Part shown: positions 48,631-59,218 of the stretch, one piece after another | How positions within the stretch are numbered: the stretch's first letter is position 1 | Layout of the letters: each line of letters opens with the position of its first letter | Source of the DNA: Blepharisma stoltei ATCC 30299 | Taxonomy: Eukaryota > Protista > Ciliophora | Direction: 5' to 3' | NCBI GenBank assembly: GCA_965603825.1 | Contig: CBFDEM010000027.1 | Span: 62,001 to 126,000 of the forward strand | Length of the DNA stretch: 64,000 nt | Translations under genes and position numbers: made by a program | The notes under the pieces: model-generated | What the model saw: the letters and a program-made list of their open reading frames with translations, nothing else | The model's database searches: none | Told to the model about the DNA's origin: nothing

Positions 48631-51576
48631 TTATACGAGATCTTCTGCATATATATTTTCAAAACCCTCAACTTCTCCGACTATTTGTTCAGGCTGAATT
48701 CCACGAGTTAGCATTTTCTGCTTAAGCGTTGTGATTAAATTTGTGGAGTTATTAGATTTGCTCCAAAAACTAGAAACTGCGTCACTTACCATAGGCCGCT
48801 GATTGACCCTTTCCATCATTTTCTGTTTTTCTGCATTTGCTCGATCGTTTTCTTCTTTTTGCCGCTGTTTAGCTTCTTGTAAACGCTTTTCTTTGTCGTC
48901 TTCTTCTGATCTCAGCTTAGCTTGAATGGACCCTGACTGTTTAACCCTTTGTTTGGCTTCTTCGTATTTTCGTTTTCTTTCTTCTTCTTCAGATTTAAGC
49001 CGTAATTCTTCATTTTTGGCTTCTTCAAACTGCTTTTTTCGATGCTCTTCAGCCATTTGTTGCTTTTTAGTGGACTTAGGAGGCTCAGCAGGGGGGTCTA
49101 GACTAACTACTTTGTTTAGCATAGAGCCAAAGCCTTTTAGCATTAATTCTTTTTGGACCTCGTCAAGGTCTTCAATGACTTTGACTTTCTTTTTTATTTC
49201 ACTGAAATTAAATTCTTTTGGTTTTGTTGGCTCGAATTTTGATTTTTTTCCTTGAATTTCTTTATCAAGGTCTTCCCATAACTTTTTAAAGTTTGGGGGA
49301 TTTTTAGCTTTAAAAGCTGTAGAAGACTGTTTGCTAGGCTCAGCCAGGTTTTTATCACCTTTTGAATATCTCTCCATCCTAGGTGGCAGTTTTGCTTCCT
49401 CTAGTGACTTTTTGGCTGCAGCTTCAATTCTTGATCTTCTTTCTTCTTCAAGCTGCTTTGACATCTGATTGTATAGTGGCAAATTATTAGTCGGTGGAGG
49501 CGGTTTTGCTTTAAATTTATATTGCTCCACCTTTGGCTCCTCATTTTTCGATTTTTCTTTAGAATGAAAATTAAACGGTTTCTGCAGTTTTTCTGTAATT
49601 GCTTTTGAGTTTCTTTTAACTTCTAGCCTTCTAGCTTCTTGTGCTGCTAGTAAAGTTTGGTATTTAGGTATTAGAACTTCTGCAGGGATAGGATTTGCCT
49701 TAGGACGGTATTTTAAATGGAATTCTTCTTCTAGCTTTTTTTCTAAAACCATTTCGTCAAGTTTTTGCTGCCTGATGGATTTTGGTTTTATTTTTTCTCT
49801 GGTATCAAATTCAAAAGGCTCTGGAACTGTAAACTGGTGCTGGGATTTGCTGGATTTAGGTTTTTCATGCCTTTGAGGGCTTGAGTATCTTTCTATATGG
49901 ATATCATCCTGGCTGTTTTCATTTTTAGGGGTTTTGCTACGAATTTTACTTATTTGGGTTGGTTTTACCTCATATTTGTCTATAAAATCAGCAGTAAATA
50001 AATTTTTCTTATCAGTTTTCCCTTCGTCTAATTTCATTTTTGGCTTTCCAGCAGAGCTGAAAAATCCTAGCACGTCGCTTCATAGTAGCAAAGTCCCTGC
50101 TTCTTTATCAATTCTTTTAATAACATTTTCCACTGATTCTGCTTTTTTTGTAATTTTATCTTCTCTTGCTTTTAATTTCAAGAATTCTTGGACTTGTGGA
50201 TCTTCAAGCAAGGACACTACAAATTCTTCCCTTGAAACTTTATCAGTTCCCCGGCGCGGTAAGGTATCAAATACATCTTGGATTATTTGGAGGTAAAAAT
50301 TGTCAAGTAAAATTTCAGGCTTTTCTGGTTCTGCTGGTTCTGCTGGGACTTCAGGCTTTCATTCCAGTTTTTGAGACTGAGATTTAGAAATAGAAGTAAA
50401 ATAGTCCATAAATTGGTTAAAAGTGATGTTTTCGTATGGGTCTCCGTCGTCTTCTATATAGTCAAGCACCTCTTCAAGTGTCATAAAATTATCGTCAGAT
50501 AATTGAATTGCATTTGCTTGAAGGATTTTTATGAGATTTTCATCAGTTCTTAAGGTTTGGATATATACAAATTTCTGAAGAGTCCCATCATCAAATGTGT
50601 CAGTATTTTTAAAAATATATTCCAATAAATCCTGCTGAGCGTCTGTTAAAACTATACAAGGGTAGGATGTTTTTCTTTGGATTAGGTCATAGGTTGGCTT
50701 TATTTGCTGCTGCTGGTCTTTTGAAAAAATAGCTGCTCTTGTTTTTGTAAACAATTGAATAAAATCCCGCTCTATAATGGAATCACTTGACCCAGAATTT
50801 TGGAAAATTTTGTCAACTTGCCTCATAAATTCCTTGTCTTGAATATTTCCCATAATTCCTAGCAAATCCGCAAGTTCTTGGTTGCTGGCAATTTCTTTAA
50901 TTAATTCAGTTTTTTCAATAAACCCATTTTTATTGTGATCAATTTTTTTAAAAATCCATTTCAAAAGCTTGGTATTTTCATTTTCCTCCTCACTTATATC
51001 ACCCTGATATTCCAATTTTCTATCATATAAATTTTTTTTCGGGATTTTCGCTTTCTTATAATTTTGATACTCTTGCAAAATGTCGCCTAATTTTGGTTTT
51101 TGCTGCTGGACTTCTTTCTTTTTCATATATTCTTCTTCTAACACCCTCAATTTCTGATTTTGCAAAACCCTAAGCCTTTCGATTTCTTCAAGATTGCTTG
51201 GAGCATTATTTTGAATTATATTTGTCTGCATGCTGCTTGGATAATATAAAGGTGAAACTTCAAGGTTTCTATTAGAATAAAGAATCGGCCCTTGAGAAAT
51301 TCGGTACTAAATAGAAATTACGTCAGCTAATTTTAAAGACGTGCCTTTAAGCTTGTCAATTTCTTGGTCTATTGTGGATAGTAAGTTGTTATGATACATA
51401 TAGCTTGAATCTATTTGATTAAAATCTGCATATTTGGTTTGAAATCCAGCAGTTTCTCTTGACGACGCAATATAGCTTTCATGATGTTTAGGGACTTGAT
51501 AGCCGCCACCAAAGGACGTCTTATAAGCGACTGCTGAATTTATAGGCTCTTTTCCATGGTCTTTGAAAATTGACAT
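48631..51576 (-). CDS. FAM161: FAM161-family centriolar protein with N-terminal EF-hands, 1 intron
   Basis: FTVPEPFEFDTRE, RPKANPIP...PKYQ, QKPFNF, LPPRME; EF loop DHNKNGFIEKTE. Joined by intron 51307-51321 and TGA 50359. Confidence 0.8.
51307..51321 (-). other. 15-nt spliceosomal intron
   Basis: GTAATTTCTATTTAG; carries an in-frame TAG. Confidence 0.85.
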
Positions 51577-51634
51577 TATAATAATTTAAATCAAAACTTA
51601 TAAGAAAATTCTTAAATATAAGCCATAATCTGTA

Positions 51635-52387
51635 TTATAACTGCTCCTCTTCAAGCTCTCTATTTTCTGGGAACTCAAACATAAATTTCTCTTCATCTGC
51701 GTCAATAATCCTTAATTTCCCTACCCTTTTAACTTTTTTAATTTTCTCTTTAAGCTTTACTGCGAGATTTCTTTTTCTGTAATCATAAAGGTCCCCGTTA
51801 TTAAAAGAAATATCAAATCTTTCAGGGTCCAGCCCAATTTTGTGCTCAATAAAGCTGATCTTTTTTTCGTTAGAAAATATAAGCTTGGATTTTATGCTGT
51901 GCATTCATGTATAATTTTCGATTAATTTTAAGTCTTCAGGGTCACAAATAAAGCTGATTTCGCCTGCTTTTACTTCTAAGTAGTCACCTCTGCTGTCTGA
52001 TTTGTGTCTGTATTGGTTTAGGACTAAGTTTTTCATAGTGAGGTAATCATATAGCATTTTTTGAGCGTATTCTGTAGCTTTTTTATTGGATTCGTGAAGG
52101 GTTGTGTTGATTTTTGTGATTAGTTTGCCGGCATGCATTACTTTAATGTAATTTCCTTGAGGAACTAATAAGCCTTTAGGTGTTTTTCCTCCAATTCATG
52201 GCTCAGCATTTTGGTCTTCTTTGTTTTCATTTAAAGCTTCTTTTTTGTTTGATAAATCGCCTTGATTTTCTGTTTCTAATATAACAGAATAAAATCGGCC
52301 ATAAACTACTTTGTGAAAGCTCTTAAAATTGAGTGCGCTTCTATAAACTTGCTTTAAGCTTTTAAGTCTTAATAAATTTAGAAGCAT
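51635..52387 (-). CDS. Degenerate HNH-endonuclease-like protein with a mitochondrial-type leader (~250 aa)
   Basis: Three ORFs in one frame joined by two TGA=Trp. (W)IGGK...NQYR...YLEV...FICDPEDLKLIENYT(W)...ISFNNGDLYDYRKRNL. Confidence 0.65.
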
Positions 52388-52554
52388 TTATTTTATTCAT
52401 TTTTATTTGGTAATTAAAAATTAATTCTAAAATATTTATTTAAATATTTTAAAAAATCTTATTACCCAAAAAAACCATCAAAAAATCCCATAAAAATGCA
52501 GAGGTATTAAGCTATGAAGAAACTTAAACACAATGTGGCAGTTATTAAAATAAA

Positions 52555-53367
52555 ATGGAAGAGGAATCAATTTATAACCTTATCCCAAAGGAATATGTGC
52601 CGCCTCCAAAACCTAAACGCTATAAATCTAAATATCCAGCTGAAGCCCCGCCAACCGCAAGCACGTTTGGGTAATTTTTATTTAGCTTAAAAACAACTTC
52701 AAAGGTGCTAGGAAATGTCGCTGGAGATTATGAACATTTTGATGGGCCTCACCGCAGTAAAAGCTTAGGCGCTACTTTTGGTAAAGCAAAAGGCTCAGTA
52801 AAGCCTGACCCTCAGAGTTACCGCAAAAAAGGAACTGGGACTATGAAGCTTCCTGAAGCCACCAATAAATTTTCATATACAGCTCAAGAAAGAAGACCTC
52901 CAATCCCTAAAAATGACGAAAAGCCTATCATGGGATTAAAAACAGATAAAAATTTCATAGTCGCCAACGCCGTCGAAGTGATCTTAAAAGCTCCAAAAAC
53001 AGTCCCAGAGCAGCCAAACCCGCTACAAAAAAAGGATTTCGGACAAGTTCCTCAATATTTGAACAAAATTAAAGGAGATATTGAAGAGGAGTATAATACG
53101 CTAAAACAGCTGAAAAGAGAGCAAGAGGAGGAGCAGGAAAAACAGAAGTATTTGGTTTCGCAAGAAGAAGTAAAAGAATTAAGAGATGGGCTAAAGAAGA
53201 AATGGGAAGCTGTTAATAAAGAATATCAAATGATAACGCATATAAGAAAACCAGACACGCAAGGATTGAAGAGAAAAAAAGAAAACTGTGAAAAAGAGTT
53301 AGCACAACTGGAAAAAGATATGGCAGCACTTGACAGAGCTTATGTGTTCGTAGACAGCACTGCGTAA
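52555..53367 (+). CDS. ENKUR: Enkurin, 1 intron
   Basis: MEEESIYNLIPKE, KNFIVANAVEVI, DFGQVPQYL, LRDGLKKKWEAVNKEYQ. Confidence 0.93.
52671..52685 (+). other. 15-nt spliceosomal intron
   Basis: GTAATTTTTATTTAG; phase 2, in-frame TAA. Confidence 0.92.
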
Positions 53368-53657
53368 TTTAATGGGCATTGCTCTTATATTCAATATACT
53401 TTTATATATTATTTTATAATCTCGAGAAAATAATTTCACTATTGCTATATTAATCAAAGGTTTAAAATATTTTTAAAAAAAAAGTTATAGTAGATTTTAA
53501 CTATTAAAATTCTAATATATATAAACTTCCTAGTTAAATAGATAATTGCTTCATTTCATCCTGTTTCTCATATTTTGAATATTATTTTCTTGTGATTTCT
53601 CTCCATTCTTTCCATTATTTATTTTGAGTATGACTAGTCTTATGTAAATTTATCTTA

Positions 53658-54662
53658 CTAAATTAAACTCATCAATGGTTGGCCTTCTGAATTAAGCCAC
53701 GGATCAACTAGCAGACCTTCAATTGTAACTCTTGTCCTAGGGTTTTTGTCAAGTACATGCAGGATCAGATTTCTAAGATCTGCAGATATTGGTCGGATGT
53801 TAGGTATTATCAAACTATCTAAATCTTACTCATCGTTTTCAATAGAATTCATAATCTCAGAAATACTAGATCCAGAAAAAGGCAAAATATTGAAAACTGC
53901 TATATAAAGAGTAACACCTACAGCCCAAATATCAGCGGCCCTTCCAGAGCAGTGCTCTATATCAGTGATGGACTCTGGTGCTAGGAAATGATATGTCCCT
54001 TGTGTTTTCCTTATATTGTCGTTTTCGCCTTCAAATTTCGAAGCTTGGCCGAAGTCAGCCAGCTTTACATGGTTTTTTGAGGTCAAAAGAACGTTTTGTG
54101 GCTTTATATCTCTATGAATGATATGATTTATATGGAGATATCGGACAGCCAGAACTAGCTGCCGGAATATAGATTTTAACTGAGATTCTGATATTTCTTT
54201 GTTGGTTCATGGAGTAATAAATCTATGCTCATTGCTATTTCAGTCCATTAGCGATCCTCTTTCACAGTAGTCAAGAACTATATATTGTTTACTCATATAA
54301 ATTTTTTCACCTTCAACGTCATCAATGATTTCATACATTCTGATCACATTGGGATGATTAAGTTCTTTCATAAGATCGATCTCTTTATATACATCAGTAA
54401 GTGCATTAGTAACAACCATTCTTCCATCAGCTGAGTTAGAGAAATCTCTTCTCCTCATTAGCATGTCTTTTTTAAAGACTTTCATTGCCTATTTTATATT
54501 TACGTAGAAATCATCTCTTGCCTTGCACAATTTCACAGTCGCATATGCGCCTTCTCCAATTTTTTTAATAATTGTATATTGGTTAATTATCTTGTGTCCT
54601 TTGCGGTCTTTTGAAATAGTGACTTGTGAGGTTTCTACTACTGGGCGTGGATTAGACCTCAT
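53658..54662 (-). CDS. CaMKK/GRIK-like Ser/Thr kinase, 3 introns
   Basis: INQYTIIKKIGEGAYATVKL, AMK, HRDIKPQN, DFG, TQGTYHFLAPE, ADIWAVGVTLY. Confidence 0.9.
53815..53829 (-). other. 15-nt spliceosomal intron
   Basis: GTAAGATTTAGATAG; removal restores kinase subdomain XI (LDKNPRTR). Confidence 0.9.
54278..54292 (-). other. 15-nt spliceosomal intron without a stop (frame-preserving)
   Basis: GTAAACAATATATAG. Removal gives the canonical KIYMILDY instead of KIYMSKQYIVLDY. Confidence 0.8.
54489..54503 (-). other. 15-nt spliceosomal intron
   Basis: GTAAATATAAAATAG; removal restores FY|AMK. Confidence 0.92.
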
Positions 54663-54821
54663 ATTTTATCAAAGCTCTTAATATTTGCATAATATCTATT
54701 AAAATATTAATGCGTTTTACATGCTTAGATTGATACAAATTTTATTGCAAAAAATTAAAGCAAAAGTTAATCGTTTTAATTTTTCTTAATTTCAAAACTT
54801 TTTCTTCCAATAAATTTAAAT

Positions 54822-55355
54822 ATGAGACGTGGTCAAAACCAAGAAATTTCTTCTCGTCCAGGCGCGCAAAGAAGCAAATCCCCAGGAGGGAGACGTGGGG
54901 CTGAACGCAGAGGTCTTACAGAGGATGAGATCGAAGAGATAAAGGAAGCCTTCAATTTGTTCGATACTGATGGGTCAGGGACAATTGATCCTAAAGAGCT
55001 TCGAGCAGCCATGCAATCTCTTGGTTTCGAGACCAAAAACCCAACCATTTACTCTATGATTGCCGATCTGGACAAGCTTGGCACCGCAATTGATTTTGAC
55101 ATGTTTTTAGATGCCATCACAGACAAGTTAGGAGACAAAGAAACCAGAGGAGGTATTTATAAGATCTTTGACTTGTTTGACGACGACAAGTCAGGCTCGA
55201 TTAATCTTAATAACTTGAGAAGAGTCGCCAAAGAGCTTGGAGAAACCATGACAGTAGACGAACTTAATGAAATGCTTGAAAGAGCAGCATCTAATGGGCA
55301 TGAAATCACAAGGGAAGATTTCTATACAATCATGACCAAGAGAGCATTCCCATAG
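54822..55355 (+). CDS. Centrin (alveolate centrin-2/ICL1e-like)
   Basis: [43 protein letters not shown]. Confidence 0.95.
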   Translation: MRRGQNQEISSRPGAQRSKSPGGRRGAERRGLTEDEIEEIKEAFNLFDTDGSGTIDPKELRAAMQSLGFETKNPTIYSMIADLDKLGTAIDFDMFLDAITDKLGDKETRGGIYKIFDLFDDDKSGSINLNNLRRVAKELGETMTVDELNEMLERAASNGHEITREDFYTIMTKRAFP

Positions 55356-55501
55356 ATTAACTTAATTTAATTATGGAAAATTCATTTAATCCTATAGAGA
55401 GTCTTGATAATAGAATTGATGAATCATAAGGATAAGGATAAGAGAGAAAAATAATAAAAAATAGTGTATAAATGCATGTTTCACATTTGGTCTTTAATGA
55501 A

Positions 55502-55573
55502 GGGTGATTAGCTCATTGGTAGAGCAATTGACTGCAGATCAATAGGTAATTGGTTCGATTCCGATATCGCCCT
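55502..55573 (+). tRNA. tRNA-Cys(GCA)
   Basis: Acceptor GGGTGAT/ATCGCCC, D arm GCTC/GAGC, anticodon arm ATTGA-CTGCAGA-TCAAT, T loop GTTCGATT, discriminator T, then a T6 Pol III terminator. Confidence 0.96.
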
Positions 55574-55661
55574 CTTTTTTATGCTTTCTCTAAATGAGGG
55601 TTTTGAAAGGCCGTTATAAGAAAAAATTAATTTTTTGAGTTAAAAAGTTATAAATTTAAAT

Positions 55662-56591
55662 TTAAGCACCAGGAGCAGGAGCTTTTCTGGCTTGTTGGTT
55701 TTGCCTTCTTACAGGCTGATTTCTTCTAGGTGGAGCTGGTTGTTGAGCAGGTTGTGGAGCAGGCAGTGCTCTTTGTACAGGAATAGTGGGCTGGATATCA
55801 CTATTTCTATATCGTACAGGCTGATTATCTCGTCTCCAGTCGTCAGGGATATAATCTCCTCTTCTTTCTTCATCAACGGTATCCCTGTTCCTGTTATCTC
55901 TTATTTGTCTTCTTCCATATATATTTCCAGATGGAGCTGGTAGCGCATTACTTCCAAGTCCAAGGTTCCTTGCCCTCGCTTCCCAATCTCTATCAAAATC
56001 AGAAGCGTCATTCTCATTCATATTTCTATACAAGTCGCTTATTCTTTCTTCATTTCCTACACGTTCCTGGATCACCTTTCTCGATCTATCCCCAATTTTC
56101 CTCTCATGGCCATATTTTTCGAGCCCTGTTCCTGTATTTTTGTAAGCTTGTTTCCTTTCCCCATATTTTGTCCCATGCTGATCTGTCCCTCCATAAGCTT
56201 GATTTTGGTATCTTTCTACAATGGGTCTGCCTTGGCTGTCATATTTGGTGCTTTGGACGATGGTTTGAGAGTAAAATTGAGGACTCCCAGAGCCTCTCAT
56301 CATGCCTCCCATATCTTCAAATAAAGACCCTGTATCAGGCATCCTCATAAGGGAGCCCATGTGCCGGTCCATTTCTCTGAACATCGAAAAGGCTTGGTTA
56401 TGCATGTCTTCCATCATACGAGACATAGATGCAAATGGATTTTCTGAAAATACGGCTGGGGCTCCAAAGTTGGAAAATGGATCTTCAAAGAAATCGTGAC
56501 GGTCTCTTTGGGCAGGGGGAGGGTAATCTCGCCGTTGGGGATGGGCTAAGCTTGTGGATCTTTTACCTTGTGAGTCTTTAATTGCGAGCAT
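55662..56591 (-). CDS. MLF: Myeloid leukemia factor homologue
   Basis: Met/Phe/Gly-rich N-terminus; ERKQAYKNTGTGLEKYGHERKIGDRSRKV...ASDFDRDW. Confidence 0.85.
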   Translation of the reverse strand: MLAIKDSQGKRSTSLAHPQRRDYPPPAQRDRHDFFEDPFSNFGAPAVFSENPFASMSRMMEDMHNQAFSMFREMDRHMGSLMRMPDTGSLFEDMGGMMRGSGSPQFYSQTIVQSTKYDSQGRPIVERYQNQAYGGTDQHGTKYGERKQAYKNTGTGLEKYGHERKIGDRSRKVIQERVGNEERISDLYRNMNENDASDFDRDWEARARNLGLGSNALPAPSGNIYGRRQIRDNRNRDTVDEERRGDYIPDDWRRDNQPVRYRNSDIQPTIPVQRALPAPQPAQQPAPPRRNQPVRRQNQQARKAPAPGA

Positions 56592-57052
56592 TTTATTTTT
56601 ATTATAGAATGTTTAGATTTGGAGAGGGGACGAGATGAAAAATAATTTATAAGTGTAGAGGAAAGGGAAAGAAGATTAAAGAGAAAAAATTGATCGGGAA
56701 AACAGCTAGGATTTATAACTAGAATTTTCTGGAAATGAGGAAGTCTGTTAAGAAATTAGATTTATTAATAATTTTTATATTGAAGCCATTATACAAAACA
56801 CAAAAATAATATTTTCTCATTTATTTGCGAAATAAGGTACTTTTAAATCATATATCATATCTCAAATAAATAGCTTTACTTGTATAATAAGTTATTATTC
56901 CAATAAATTTATTATATAAAATTTTTAATTTCCTTAGACTATTGTCTTTTATAACTTTGTAAAAATCGATATCCGTGTATTCAGTTAAATTTCAATCTCT
57001 TTGAATTTTCATCAATATTAAATGGCGGCAATATCTTTAATAAATTTTTTAC

Positions 57053-59206
57053 ATGAAATTCATCTTAAATGTAGCTGAAAAGCCAAGCGTTGCCAAAGCA
57101 ATTATGAAGTATTTAAGCAATGGACGAGCGGAAAATGTGGGTGGAAGATCAAAATTTAACCCAGTTTATGAATTCGACTATAATTTGCAAGGAGAACATG
57201 TGAAAATGCGAGTAACCTCAGTCCAAGGCCATGTTATGAATATGGAATTTGTGGAGCCTTATAATAACTGAAAAAGTGTATCAATAGAAGAGCTCTTTAC
57301 AGCTCCTATACAAAAGATGATTTCTTCAGATAAAAATGATATCGTAAAAAATCTTCAAGAATGCTCAAGAGGTATTGACATTTTAGCCTTATGGCTAGAT
57401 TGTGATAGAGAAGGCGAAAACATTGCATTTGAAGTTGTTGATATAGTCACAAAAGCTACACAATTGCGCCCTAATAACATCAAAAGAGCTGTTTTTTCTG
57501 CCCTCACAAAGGTTGATATAGAAAATGCTATTCAAAACTTGGAATACCCTAAGCAAGAGTTATCTGAATCTGTAGACGCTAGAATGGAGCTTGATTTAAG
57601 ACTCGGCGCGATTTTTACTCGATTACAGACTTTAAGGCTCCGAAATGCATCTCCGTTCTTAGCAAATCAGCCACTTATATCATGAGGTCCATGCCAGTTT
57701 CCCACACTTGGCTTCGTTGTCAAGCGGCAGCTAGAAATTTTAAATTTCAAGCCTGAACAATATTGAACTCTTGACATGAAAGTCAACAGAGGCGCCAATA
57801 AAACAGCTGAATTCTCCTGATCAAGAGCCAGGCTATTTGATTTTACAAGCACTTTAGTCCTTTACGAAAAATGCATAGAAGCTGGACAAGCAGAAATCGT
57901 CAGCATAGAAAAAAACGAAAAAAATAAGTGCAGGCCTTATCCATTATCAACTATTTCCTTCCAAAAACTCGTCTCAAGCAAGCTAAAAATCGATTCAGAC
58001 GAGTCCATGAAAATTGCAGAAAAACTCTATAATAACGGACTTATAAGCTACCCTCGCACAGAGACCGATTTTTTTAAAACGACTATTAATTTGAAAAATT
58101 TGATAGAAAGTCAAGCTGAAAGTGGAGACTGAGGAGACTACTCCAGAAGGCTTCTTGATGGAGACTTTAAATGGCCAAAAGCAGGGCAGCATGATGATAA
58201 CTCGCACCCTCCTATACACCCTGTAAAACTAGCTACCAGACAAGACCTAAATGGCAAGGAATGGCAAATCTATGAGCTCGTGACAAGGCATTTTTTAGCA
58301 TGCTGCTCTCTAGACGCTAAAGGCTTCGAAACTGTAGTTATCGCACAAATGGGGGGCGAAACTTTTGAGGCTAAAGGCCTTCAAGTCGTAGAATTGAATT
58401 TTTTAGAAATTTATCCATATATGAAATGGAGTGAAAATGAACTGCCTATTTTTAATGATGGGGAAGTTTTTGTCCCTAATGAACTTATGATGAATGAACA
58501 TACAACGCAGCCACCGCCTTTGTTGAGTGAAAGTGACCTTATATCCCTTATGGATAAATCTGGGATTGGGACTGATGCGACGATTCATCAGCATATAAAA
58601 ACAATTCAAGACCGAAAATATGCAGAAAAGACACCGAACCAGCTATTTAAGCCTACACAGCTTGGAATGGCACTAGTTCAAGGATACGCTAATATGGGGG
58701 CAAGAATTCATGAGCCTGAACTGCGAGCTAAAACTGAAAAAGGAATGAATGAGGTAGCAGCGAGGAATAAAAGTAGGCAGGAACTTATAAGAGAAACACT
58801 AGGAGAAATGGAAGACGTATATAGATTTGTCGTTGATAGATTTAATATGCTATCTGATGCAGTCAAAAACTTGATAACAGCTCCATTACAGTCAAATAAT
58901 CAAATAACTTGCTATAAATGTGGAGAATCTGGACATTATGCTAATAATTGTACAAGCACTAGGCCACCTTTGTCTATTAGAGCGGTTAATGAAAACCAAG
59001 CTGCTCCACAGCAAGGCCAAAATGCTTGTTTTAAATGTGGGAAGCCTGGACATTTCGCAAATGCTTGTACAGAAGATAAAAATAAAACAAATAAACAAGC
59101 TAAAACTGGCAAGAAAAAAGTTTGTGAACTGTGCGGAGTTGAAGGGAGACACCCAAAAGGCAGCACTTGTGAGCATGCTAAACGGAAAAAGCCAGCTAAT
59201 AAATAA
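57053..59206 (+). CDS. TOP3A: DNA topoisomerase III alpha with C-terminal CCHC zinc knuckles (~717 aa)
   Basis: LNVAEKPS, WLDCDREGENI, S(W)GPCQFPTLGFVV, active site GLISYPRTET, GIGTDAT, CYKCGESGHYANNC. Confidence 0.95.
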
Positions 59207-59218
59207 AGATTTAAATAA

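Noticed and set aside
53654-53668. Possible fourth kinase intron GTTTAATTTAGTAAG
   Set aside because: It starts GTT and ends AAG, unlike the other twelve, and would change only the last few residues.
55502-55573. tRNA-Cys as the UGA decoder (Euplotes-type UGA=Cys), or selenocysteine use
   Set aside because: TGAs align with Trp, not Cys. The tRNA is an ordinary GCA species and no SECIS was recognised.
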